The notes beneath the pieces are model-generated. The model saw only the letters and a list, made by a program, of their open reading frames with translations, did not search any database and was not told the origin of the DNA. A DNA stretch of 42,928 nt, taken from contig CAUCWU010000001.1 of the NCBI GenBank assembly GCA_958446555.1, forward strand, positions 1-42,928. The letters are read 5' to 3'. This document shows positions 1 to 8,645 of this stretch, piece by piece. The stretch's first letter is position 1. The number at the start of each line of letters is the position of its first letter. Source of the stretch: an uncultured Lachnospiraceae bacterium (GTDB taxonomy: Bacteria > Bacillota > Clostridia > Lachnospirales > Lachnospiraceae). Both the position numbers and the translations under genes were made by a program.

Positions 1-193
1 ATTAAAGTGTAAAGGATTATTAGTGGGAAGTTTATACGGATAAAAATATTTACCGGGGATCGGTCAGTACATAAGCAGCAGACAAGAAAGCTCTCCGCAA
101 AAGAAGAGCAGTTGATTAACGATATTATTAGTCAATACTTGTCTTAGCAAAATAATAATCATAGGATAATAAGAAGAATTGTAGGAATTGGTA

Positions 194-215
194 GGGGCAG
201 AATATCATCTGCCCC
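194..215. terminator. GC-rich hairpin downstream of the 89-aa gene (possible terminator or REP-like palindrome)
   Basis: GGGGCAGA-atatca-TCTGCCCC; no clear U-tract on the minus strand. Confidence 0.45.
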
Positions 216-236
216 CCAATATTAATTGATAAGATA

Positions 237-506
237 TTAGTCTTCTTCGATGATTTGAATTTCAAGATAGTCAAAGTCAATTGTCTCGATAAAGCTGTCT
301 TGGCGAAATCTCGTCTTGGAATGACGTTTAAAATCGGAAATATTTGATGGCAGCCAGATCGGGACAGCTAGATCAAATTCATGGGCCAGGGTTTCAAGAG
401 CTGCGAACACCTTTTTTGTACGGCTCAAATCAGGTGATGGATTTTCAACAACGAAATCCATAAGAAGATGGTTGTCTGCAAAGACTTTACCCCACATGCG
501 AAACAT
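237..506 (-). CDS. Small conserved hypothetical protein (89 aa)
   Basis: ATG preceded by GGAGGT RBS (acctcc on + strand at ~511-516); protein-like composition; upstream promoter. Confidence 0.8.
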   Translation of the reverse strand: MFRMWGKVFADNHLLMDFVVENPSPDLSRTKKVFAALETLAHEFDLAVPIWLPSNISDFKRHSKTRFRQDSFIETIDFDYLEIQIIEED

Positions 507-549
507 AAAAACCTCCTGAAAAGAAAAAACTTGTGCTATAGTGAAAAAT

Positions 550-578
550 AGTATATAGTAAACTATAGAAACTGTAAA
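550..578 (-). promoter_or_regulatory. Sigma-A-type promoter for the 89-aa gene
   Basis: Minus strand TTTACA-17 nt-TATACT. Confidence 0.5.
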
Positions 579-677
579 CTGATTGAAAACTGACTGTCGT
601 CAGTATAACAAAAAGTATTTCCAAAGGCAAGCGTGAGAGGAAATCTTTTTGGACAATCGTCATTAGGAGGAGTAAAC

Positions 678-2237
678 ATGGATGATTACAAGCAGCCGGA
701 TATGCCGGAGACATCTGATGAGGTAGAGATGCTGCTTGATGAGCAGACAGTGCAAGCTGAGAAGGCGACACAGGCTGAGCAGACAGTGCAAACTGAGCAG
801 GTAGAGCAAGAAGAATCCACAGATGCTATGTCAGTGGACACTGTTTCGCCAAATGAACTACCATCAGATCAGGCATTATCGGATGAAGCATCAGAACAGG
901 AATCAAAGGATGTTCAGTTAGAAGACATACAGCTGCCAGAGGCACATTTGGCAGAGCAATCAATGACTGAGAGTGAGCAACCAGAGCAACCAATAACTGA
1001 CAGCGAACAATCAGAGCAGCCGATTGCTGAGAGTGAGCAGACAGAAAGCTTGCAACAGTCTGATGCAGAGACTGAGTCACAGCCTGATGCGCAGTTCGAC
1101 ACACAGTCATCTGTAAGTCAGTCTGTAACACTTGATGCAATTCAGGATTCAGAGACGGTAAAAACTGTAAATTTGGTAAAGCAGCTGTTAAATGATCTGG
1201 ATGAAGCGCAGAAAGATAAGACGCGCTTAAGCAGTGAGTTAAAGCAGAATGAGAAAGCCTACAGCAGCATGGAAAAGAGTGTGGCAGAGGGAATCACCAC
1301 TGCACTCAAAAAGAAAAAAGAAGAGATTGCTGCAACCTACGATAGAGAGCTAAGCCAGTATCAGGATCAAATTGATGCTTGCAAGACCGAGCGTGCAAAG
1401 GCCAAGGCAAATGCGATTGCTCAGCGTATTCAGGTTGAGACAGCTCCGCTCAATCAGCAAAATCAGCAGTTAGAGGCGCAGATTGAGCTGAAATTCAAGG
1501 AAAACAAGGTACCAGTCGTATGTAAAAAACGTGCGATCTCGATGTTGTTTTTCCCAAAAAACAGCCACGACTGGGCAGTTGATATTTTAGTTGGTGTTGG
1601 ACTTTTGTTTGTTGTGCCGCTTCTGTTTGCACTGACCATTCAAAATCGATTTGCACTTGCATTTAGCTTTTTTGTATATGTTGGTGTACTATTTGCCGCA
1701 TATCTGTATCTACTTCATAAATATATGTTAAAGTTTATAAGCGTAAATGATGAAGTAGAAGAGCTTAGAAAGCAGATTCGCGTCAACAATAAGAACAAGC
1801 AGTTGATGACAAATCGCATCAAGAAGAGCCAGGATGAAACAGGATACAATCTTGGTAGCTTCGATGACAAAATTGCAGGAATTCAGCAGGTTATGCAGGA
1901 TACAGTTGCAAAGCGTCAGGAAGCGCTTGAGAATTTTGAGAGTGAAATTCGTCATCAGATTACAGCGGACATCACAGCAGCCAATAAGGATGAGTTATTA
2001 GAACTGCAACAGGCATTTGAGGACAAGCGCAAGGAGCTTTCAGACAAGAAAGACGAAATCGAACAGATCGAAAAGCTGCTCAAGGAAGAATATGAGCCTG
2101 TCTTTGGAAAGGATCTGTTGTACAAGCAGCGTTTGAATAAATTTGATTCGTTCTGTCAGGAGAATGCAGACTTGTCAATGGAAGATGCACTTGCTCAGTA
2201 TCGGGCATTGTCTGGAAGTAAGCTGTTAAAAAAGTAA
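678..2237 (+). CDS. Membrane protein with acidic low-complexity N-terminus, long coiled coils and two central TM helices
   Basis: GGAGGAG RBS before ATG 678 (ORF track starts at 633); E/Q/S/T-rich repeats, heptad-rich helices, hydrophobic segments ILVGVGLLFVVPLLFAL and FALAFSFFVYVGVLFAAYLYLL. Confidence 0.8.
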   Translation: MDDYKQPDMPETSDEVEMLLDEQTVQAEKATQAEQTVQTEQVEQEESTDAMSVDTVSPNELPSDQALSDEASEQESKDVQLEDIQLPEAHLAEQSMTESEQPEQPITDSEQSEQPIAESEQTESLQQSDAETESQPDAQFDTQSSVSQSVTLDAIQDSETVKTVNLVKQLLNDLDEAQKDKTRLSSELKQNEKAYSSMEKSVAEGITTALKKKKEEIAATYDRELSQYQDQIDACKTERAKAKANAIAQRIQVETAPLNQQNQQLEAQIELKFKENKVPVVCKKRAISMLFFPKNSHDWAVDILVGVGLLFVVPLLFALTIQNRFALAFSFFVYVGVLFAAYLYLLHKYMLKFISVNDEVEELRKQIRVNNKNKQLMTNRIKKSQDETGYNLGSFDDKIAGIQQVMQDTVAKRQEALENFESEIRHQITADITAANKDELLELQQAFEDKRKELSDKKDEIEQIEKLLKEEYEPVFGKDLLYKQRLNKFDSFCQENADLSMEDALAQYRALSGSKLLKK

Positions 2238-2775
2238 ACAGCCCCTGATAGATCTCATCAGCCAGACTCATGACGAATGAGAGCGGAATGCTTTGCTTAT
2301 GAAATGGAACTGGGTTTTCTTCACAGCTAGTCACACCAGTAATCGCGATTTCTCCAACCGGAGGAAGTGATTTACAGACACCCTCGCCAGGGTACAGGGC
2401 ACTGCCAGAAAGGCAAAGCATGCCAAGATTTTCTCTAGTACCGATCGAGGCATCGATGGCAATCGTAAGAAAATTTCCATGACGCTTGATAAGGCGAAGC
2501 TTTTGACGCAGGTTCACCGCATGAACTGGGTGATACAGAGAACCACATACGACAAAATGATCCGGCATGGATGCGCATAGATGCTCCAGCTTATAGCCCA
2601 CGAGTGGGCCAAGACAGTCTCCAGGGACACGGTCACTGCCAATACAAAGGAAAAGTATTGGTCGGTGGCCGTTCTTTTTTTGGTTTCGATCAACCAGATT
2701 TAGTAAACAGTGGGCAAAGCCCTCAGAGGAAAAATCAGCTTGCGAAAAATAGGATGGAGAATTGACTGTGTTCAT
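2080..2775 (-). CDS. yyaC: Spore protease YyaC family protein
   Basis: Signature FLCIGSDRVPGDCLGPLVG, PVHAVNL, IAIDASIG, LPPVGEIAITG. Confidence 0.85.
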   Translation of the reverse strand: MNTVNSPSYFSQADFSSEGFAHCLLNLVDRNQKKNGHRPILFLCIGSDRVPGDCLGPLVGYKLEHLCASMPDHFVVCGSLYHPVHAVNLRQKLRLIKRHGNFLTIAIDASIGTRENLGMLCLSGSALYPGEGVCKSLPPVGEIAITGVTSCEENPVPFHKQSIPLSFVMSLADEIYQGLFTFLTAYFQTMPDTEQVHLPLTSLHSPDRTNQIYSNAACTTDPFQRQAHILP

Positions 2776-2885
2776 AGATACCGCCTTTCTGAAACGTTTC
2801 TTTGCTTCATTCTATCCCAGAAAAGATTGCTTTATTCGCCGGTCGAAATATTCTATGCATTTAAAATTGGATCTGGAGGTGTCAT

Positions 2886-4490
2886 ATGGAAGAGGAAAAG
2901 AAGCTGCCGAAAAATATTCGTCAAATGGCAGAAAAGGAAGAACGCGTCAGGGTTTATCTTGAGGACTATGCATATACCTTTATACATAAGCTAGCTTGCG
3001 CAAATCGGGTGCGAACAGGTGTATTATTGGGAAGTCGCATGATTGCTGAGAATAAAAGATGTTGGTTTGTAAAAGGGGCAGTTGAGCTAGAGGATGAGGA
3101 GAAAGGAGATGATGAAAGGGGGACACAAAAAGAGTCAGAAGAAGGGGGCGGTAACAAATCAAGTGGTGAATCTGATAAAGAAACCATCAATCAGAAAATT
3201 TGGGATACAACCCAGTCTGTGATACAGGAATATTTTCCGGGATGTAGCATCTGTGGTTGGTTTATTTGTGGAAGTGAAGAAAATTTTCCAGATGGAGAAC
3301 AATTAAAAAAGACACATCGACAGATTTTTTCTGGGGAAAATTGTTTGATGTACTGGAAAAAGGGGGACGAGGAGAGTTTTTGGATCGAGGAGGATGATGC
3401 GATTCTTCATCTAAAAGGATATTTTGTGTATTATGAGAAAAATCCAGAGATGCAAAATTATATGTTGAGCCGCAAGGAGGAGGCTAGTGAGGATGTAGAC
3501 GATGAGGCAGCTTTAAACTTTCGAAAAATCATGAAAGAAAAGCAGGATACGAAGCATGCCCAAAGCTTTAAGCATCAAAAACATCCGAGGCATCTGAACA
3601 AAGAATCTGTTCATGATGAAAGTCAGGAATCCATTCATGATGAACTTCAGAATCGTATTCAGAATGGTCTCTGGGTGAAGGTGTGTGCGGCAGTATTGGT
3701 TGGCGTTCTTGTTGGAGGTGGTGTGCTATTATCAAGAGGAATCAAGGAAAAAGAGGATTCCGTGCAGGCGCTCGCTGTCGGTGCATCGGTTGAGAGACAG
3801 AGCGGTGAATTTATAGAGGGCAGTTTGGAACAGGAATCGCAAAGTGAAGATCAAATACAAAGTACAGTGGAGGCTAATATGCAGCTAGATGCACAGAGCA
3901 AATCCCAGACAGAAAACCAGGTAGAATCTCAGGCAGATACGCAAGCAAAAAATCCAATAGAAGCAGAAACCCAAATATCAGACGATGCGCAGATGCAAGC
4001 CGGAAAAACAAACGATGAAAATTCAAGTGATCAGGCAAAGGTGGATAATGATCAGACTGATAAAAAAGATATTGCCGCGATGCAAGATGTAGGGATTTTT
4101 TCTGGAGATATGGTGTTTTATAAGGATGGTCTGGGGGCATCGGTATACCGAATTACTGATAAAAGTAGTGGTACAGATGAGAAGACACAGCAACAAACAA
4201 GTGATGAAGAGCAGCCTCAGACAGAAAATTCAGATGGACAATCAGCAGAGACACAAAATAGCACATTAGCAGCATCAGAAAACACACAGGAAATTCTAAC
4301 GATTGAGGTGCCAACTGTAGAGGCAGCAGTGAATCGTCCAGCCTCTTATACTGTTCAACCGGGTGACACGCTGATAGAAATCAGTAGAAAATTTTATGGT
4401 TCTTCTCAGATGGTCATGCAGATCAAGGAAGCAAATGGCCTTGACGATATTAATAAAATCTATATTGGGCAGGAATTGACACTGCCATGA
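2886..4490 (+). CDS. Single-pass membrane protein with C-terminal LysM domain and N-terminal globular (possibly degenerate MPN-like) domain
   Basis: GGAGGT RBS; TM VCAAVLVGVLVGGGVLL; long acidic linker; LysM YTVQPGDTLIEISRKFYG...IYIGQELTLP. Confidence 0.85.
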   Translation: MEEEKKLPKNIRQMAEKEERVRVYLEDYAYTFIHKLACANRVRTGVLLGSRMIAENKRCWFVKGAVELEDEEKGDDERGTQKESEEGGGNKSSGESDKETINQKIWDTTQSVIQEYFPGCSICGWFICGSEENFPDGEQLKKTHRQIFSGENCLMYWKKGDEESFWIEEDDAILHLKGYFVYYEKNPEMQNYMLSRKEEASEDVDDEAALNFRKIMKEKQDTKHAQSFKHQKHPRHLNKESVHDESQESIHDELQNRIQNGLWVKVCAAVLVGVLVGGGVLLSRGIKEKEDSVQALAVGASVERQSGEFIEGSLEQESQSEDQIQSTVEANMQLDAQSKSQTENQVESQADTQAKNPIEAETQISDDAQMQAGKTNDENSSDQAKVDNDQTDKKDIAAMQDVGIFSGDMVFYKDGLGASVYRITDKSSGTDEKTQQQTSDEEQPQTENSDGQSAETQNSTLAASENTQEILTIEVPTVEAAVNRPASYTVQPGDTLIEISRKFYGSSQMVMQIKEANGLDDINKIYIGQELTLP

Positions 4491-4560
4491 GGTCATGGGG
4501 ATAGGGGAATATGGCTCTTTAGGGCTACTTGCCCTGTCCCCGTGGCTTTTCATGGCTTTT
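4484..4560. repeat. Long imperfect intergenic hairpin flanked by a 14-bp direct repeat
   Basis: GCCATGA/TCATGGC outer stem, GGTCATGGGGATAGGG/CCCTGTCCCCGTGGCT inner stem; TTGACACTGCCATG at 4476-4489 and 4563-4576. Confidence 0.7.
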
Positions 4561-4562
4561 CT

Positions 4563-4591
4563 TTGACACTGCCATGTGAATATGTTATACT
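4563..4591 (+). promoter_or_regulatory. Sigma-A promoter for the DUF5711-like gene
   Basis: TTGACA-17 nt-TATACT with extended -10 TG. Confidence 0.75.
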
Positions 4592-4666
4592 TTTTCAGAC
4601 GCATAGCACCCAATGGGTGTAAGTGCCATGAGAAAATGATAGTAAATTTTGCGGAAAGGAAACAGC

Positions 4667-5890
4667 ATGGCAACGGATAATGAATTCCAAAGAGAACGAA
4701 AGAAAAAACAGCTCAAACAGAACATGGTTATAAATGACAAAGTTCAATCGGCACCGATTAGTTGGGCTGAAGATCATAGAAAGACAATCAATATTGCAGG
4801 AATTGTCGCAGCAGTGGGTGTACTTTTGGTAGTCATTGTGTGGCTAGTGGCAGCAAAGCTGTGGCGCTACAGAACATATGAGGTGAATTGGCGAGTTGAT
4901 GTATCGAATGCCTCTTCAGCAGGATATGCCGCGTACGCAGACGGAATCGTTGTGATGAATAAAGATGGTGCTACCTATTATGACAGTAAGGGGGGAAAGG
5001 TCTGGTCAGCTCCATATGATATGAGCAATCCTCATTCAGCTGTTAGTGGCGATTATATTTTAATCTATGATTTAAAAGGAAAGAATTTTACAATTTGCAA
5101 TAAATCAGGTATTACCGGAAGTGGCACGACATCATTGATTATCACAAAAGGTGTGATCGCAGCAACTGGTGTCACTGTACTTCAGATGGAAGATCAAGAT
5201 GCAAGCCTGCTTTCATATTACCGAAATACGGGTGAAGAGTTGGCAGTTTCCATTCGAAATCCACTTCAGGTTGACGGATATCCGCTTGATATCAGTGTTT
5301 CTCCAAACGGTCAGCAGTTAGCTGTCTCCTATTATTCCATTGCAGAGGGAGTGGGAACAAGCAGCATTTCCTTTTACGATTTTGAAAGAGGAAAGGAAGC
5401 AGCAGACCGAATTGTTGCAAGTTTTGATTATTCTGAGAACAAGGCTTATGTGCCAAAGGTTGTCTATTTGAGCGACACGAAAGCATTTGCCGTTGGTGAT
5501 TGTTGTATCAGCTTTTTTGATGTCTCACAGAGAACAGATATCACTAGAAAAGATATTGCAATAGACGGAGAAATTCAGAGAATTTTTTATGACAATGATT
5601 ATCTAGGTCTTGTTGTAAAAGAGAATGAAGAATATACAATTCGTATTTACACATCAGAGGGAAAAGAGCATGCAGTCACAAAACAGGATACGCTTCACAC
5701 TGGCTATGCATTTCAGCAGAGAAATGTTGTGATGTACGATGCTGATTACTGTGAGGTTCAATCCTTCTCAGGAAGAGTTCGCTTTGCAAGAGAATTTGGA
5801 AACAATCTGTATACGGTGATTCCGGGAAGTAAATTTAAGAGCTATTATCTGGCAACGATGGAGGAACTGCAGAAGATTCAGCTTAGGTAA
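4667..5890 (+). CDS. Membrane-anchored extracellular beta-rich protein (DUF5711-like)
   Basis: GAAAGGA RBS before ATG 4667; N-terminal TM IAGIVAAVGVLLVVIVWLV; beta-propeller-like motifs such as GYPLDISVSPNGQQLAVSY. Confidence 0.7.
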   Translation: MATDNEFQRERKKKQLKQNMVINDKVQSAPISWAEDHRKTINIAGIVAAVGVLLVVIVWLVAAKLWRYRTYEVNWRVDVSNASSAGYAAYADGIVVMNKDGATYYDSKGGKVWSAPYDMSNPHSAVSGDYILIYDLKGKNFTICNKSGITGSGTTSLIITKGVIAATGVTVLQMEDQDASLLSYYRNTGEELAVSIRNPLQVDGYPLDISVSPNGQQLAVSYYSIAEGVGTSSISFYDFERGKEAADRIVASFDYSENKAYVPKVVYLSDTKAFAVGDCCISFFDVSQRTDITRKDIAIDGEIQRIFYDNDYLGLVVKENEEYTIRIYTSEGKEHAVTKQDTLHTGYAFQQRNVVMYDADYCEVQSFSGRVRFAREFGNNLYTVIPGSKFKSYYLATMEELQKIQLR

Positions 5891-5909
5891 AAATGAAGAT
5901 AAGAAATCC

Positions 5910-5938
5910 TTGCTTTTCATCCATCTGTCTGGTAAACT
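5910..5938 (+). promoter_or_regulatory. Sigma-A-type promoter for tkt
   Basis: TTGCTT-17 nt-TAAACT with TG at the extended -10 position. Confidence 0.5.
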
Positions 5939-6019
5939 GAGGATAAGAAAAAGGTTACAGTTTACATAAATAAAATTGTAACAAAAAACGATGCGCTTGA
6001 GCGCGGAATGGAGACGAAG

Positions 6020-8005
6020 ATGAGTAATATTGATACAATGTCAGTAAATGCAATCCGTGTACTGTCCGCAGATGCGATCCAGAAGGCAAAGTCAGGACAC
6101 CCTGGCCTGCCGCTTGGATGTGCGTCCGTAGCCTATGAATTATGGGCAAAGCATTTAAAGCACAACCCAAAGGATCCGGATTGGAAAGATCGCGACCGCT
6201 TTATTCTTTCTGGAGGACATGGTTCCATGCTTTTGTACTCACTGCTTCACCTGTTTGGTTATGGTGATTTAAAAAAGGAAGATCTGATGCAGTTTCGTCA
6301 GTGGGGTTCTCTGACACCTGGTCATCCGGAGTATCGCCACACAGTTGGTGTTGAGGCAACGACAGGACCTCTTGGTGCTGGTATGGGTATGGCAGTTGGT
6401 ATGGCAATTGCAGAGCGTCATATGGCAGCTGTTTTCAACAAGGAAGGTTATCCGGTTGTAGATCATTACACATACGCACTTGGCGGCGATGGATGTATGA
6501 TGGAAGGTATTTCATCTGAGGCATTTTCTCTTGCAGGCACTTTAAAGCTGTCTAAGCTGATCGTTTTCTATGATTCCAACCGCATCTCTATTGAGGGATC
6601 AACAGATATTGCATTCACAGAGAATGTTCAGAAGCGTATGGAAGCATTTGGTTTCCAGACAATCACAGTTGAGGATGGAAATAACCTAGAGGAGATTGGA
6701 AAGGCAATCGAGGCAGCAAAGGCTGATACTGAGAGACCATCTTTTATCACTGTAAAGACTCAGATTGGTTTTGGATGTCCGGCAAAGCAGGGCAAGGCAA
6801 GTGCACATGGTGAGCCTCTTGGCGAGGATAACATCAAGGCAATGAAGGAAAACTTAGGCTGGCCGTCAGAAGAGCCATTCTTCGTACCAGAGGAAGTTTA
6901 TGATCATTATAAGGAAATCGTAGAAGGCTTACAGCCAGCAGAGGATGCTTGGAATAAGATGTTTGCAGAATACTGCGAGAAGTATCCGGAAATGAAGAAA
7001 CTGTGGGATACTTACTACGATGAGGATTTGGCAGAGAAGGTTTGCGATGATTCAGAGTTCTGGGCTTATGATGATAAGGCAGATGCAACAAGAAATCTGT
7101 CTGGTAAGATGATCAATCGTATCAAAGACAGAATGCCAAATGTAATCGGCGGTGCAGCTGACCTTTCCCCGTCCACAAAGACCTATATGAAAGATGAGGG
7201 TGATTTCTCAGCAGAAAATTATGCAGGACGCAACATGCACTTTGGTGTTCGTGAGCTTGCCATGACAGCAATCGGAAATGGTATTATGCTTCACGGCGGA
7301 CTGAGAGCATTTGTTTCTACCTTCTTTGTATTCTCTGATTATACAAAGCCAATGGCACGTCTGTCTTCAATCATGGGTGTACCGTTAACATTCGTATTTA
7401 CACACGACAGTATCGGTGTAGGCGAGGATGGACCGACTCATGAGCCAATTGAGCAGTTAGCAATGTGGCGCTCAATGCCGAACTTCCATATGTTCCGTCC
7501 AGCGGACGCAACTGAGACAGCAGCAGCATGGTACAGTGCAGTTACATCTAAGAGAACACCAACTGCGCTGGCATTAACAAGACAGAATTTGCCGCAGATT
7601 GATGGAACCTCAAGAGAGGCATTAAAGGGTGGTTACATTGTACAGGATTCAACAAAGCCGACTCCGGATGCAATTATCATTGCTTCTGGTTCAGAGCTGT
7701 CCCTTGCTGTAGAGGCAAAGAAGGTTTTAGCAGAGGATGGAATTGATGTTCGTGTCGTATCTATGCCATGTATGAATCTTTTCGAGGAGCAGTCTGAGGA
7801 ATATAAGGCAAAGGTTCTTCCAAAGAATGTAAGAAAGAGAGTTGCAGTAGAGGCACTTTCTGGATTTGGATGGGATCGTTATGTCGGACTTGACGGTGAC
7901 ATCATCGGAATGAATCGTTTTGGTGCATCTGCTCCGTACAGCAAATTGTTCCCATACTTCGGATTTACCGTAGAGAACGTAGTAGCAAGAGTAAAGGCAC
8001 TGTAA
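6020..8005 (+). CDS. tkt: Transketolase
   Basis: SGHPGLPLG, RDRFILSGGHGSMLLY, TPGHPE, GDGCMMEG (ThDP motif), THDSIGVGEDGPTH; GGAG RBS before ATG 6020. Confidence 0.97.
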   Translation: MSNIDTMSVNAIRVLSADAIQKAKSGHPGLPLGCASVAYELWAKHLKHNPKDPDWKDRDRFILSGGHGSMLLYSLLHLFGYGDLKKEDLMQFRQWGSLTPGHPEYRHTVGVEATTGPLGAGMGMAVGMAIAERHMAAVFNKEGYPVVDHYTYALGGDGCMMEGISSEAFSLAGTLKLSKLIVFYDSNRISIEGSTDIAFTENVQKRMEAFGFQTITVEDGNNLEEIGKAIEAAKADTERPSFITVKTQIGFGCPAKQGKASAHGEPLGEDNIKAMKENLGWPSEEPFFVPEEVYDHYKEIVEGLQPAEDAWNKMFAEYCEKYPEMKKLWDTYYDEDLAEKVCDDSEFWAYDDKADATRNLSGKMINRIKDRMPNVIGGAADLSPSTKTYMKDEGDFSAENYAGRNMHFGVRELAMTAIGNGIMLHGGLRAFVSTFFVFSDYTKPMARLSSIMGVPLTFVFTHDSIGVGEDGPTHEPIEQLAMWRSMPNFHMFRPADATETAAAWYSAVTSKRTPTALALTRQNLPQIDGTSREALKGGYIVQDSTKPTPDAIIIASGSELSLAVEAKKVLAEDGIDVRVVSMPCMNLFEEQSEEYKAKVLPKNVRKRVAVEALSGFGWDRYVGLDGDIIGMNRFGASAPYSKLFPYFGFTVENVVARVKAL

Positions 8006-8064
8006 TAAGATTACGCTGCCAGAATCAAAACTAAAAAAGCTAATTGTAAGGCAGAGTAGAGATC

Positions 8065-8127
8065 AAAAAGCCATGGAAACGGGAGAGAGTAGCACCTTAG
8101 TGCCACTGTTCCTGATTCCGTGGCTTT
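8065..8127. repeat. Long imperfect hairpin after tkt (terminator or REP-like element)
   Basis: AAAGCCATGGAA...TTCCGTGGCTTT outer stem, GCAC-ctta-GTGC apex. Confidence 0.6.
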
Positions 8128-8461
8128 CTATGTTAAAGATTATATAAAATTTGAGTACATAAAAATGGCAAGAGGAGTTCTCTCGGTTCTTGACGACAAT
8201 GGTTATCCATATGGAATTCCGATGAATCATTGGTATAACGAAGAGGACGGAAAGCTGTATTTCCATGGTGCAAAGACCGGTCATAAGCTAGAGGCAATCA
8301 AAAACTATGACAAGGTGTCATTTTGCGTCTATGACAGTGGTTATAGAAATGAGGGCGAGTGGGCACTCAATATTAAAAGTGTTGTAGTCTTTGGACGCAT
8401 GAGCATTGTGACAGATTCTGCTCAGATTGAAAGAATCTGTACAACTCTCTGTAAGAAATAA
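8120..8461 (+). pseudogene. Truncated pyridoxamine 5'-phosphate oxidase-like (NimA-type FMN-binding) gene
   Basis: RGVLSVLDDNGYPYGIPMN, LYFHGAKTGHK, KVSFCV, SVVVFG motifs present; no good RBS/start; ends at CKK, lacking the usual C-terminal helix and strand. Confidence 0.65.
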
Positions 8462-8486
8462 TGATATTTGAGTAAAGTTGACAGTA

Positions 8487-8516
8487 CCCCGGCAGAAACG
8501 ATCTGCCGGGGCTTTT
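8487..8516 (+). terminator. Rho-independent terminator
   Basis: CCCCGGCAGA-aacga-TCTGCCGGGG followed by CTTTT. Confidence 0.7.
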
Positions 8517-8645
8517 GAAATTATAAAAGAATATGACAATCCTAAAGAAAAAGCTTGTTTAAAGTATTTGAAGATGTTAGAATACATTTAGAGAAAGAAG
8601 CAACGTGAATTCTGTTTTTACCCCAATATGAAGGGAGGATCAGGT

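Noticed and set aside
740..1060. Degenerate tandem repeats (EQTVQ; ~30-bp SEQPEQPI units)
   Set aside because: Ordinary low-complexity disordered region; noted within the CDS only
487..1140. Short minus-strand ORFs including Cys/Ser-rich 914-1102
   Set aside because: Antisense to the repetitive acidic region of the 678-2237 gene; no RBS; not a credible RiPP precursor
8120..8461. Functional nitroimidazole-resistance (nim) gene
   Set aside because: Same fold family but truncated and lacking a start context; resistance cannot be inferred
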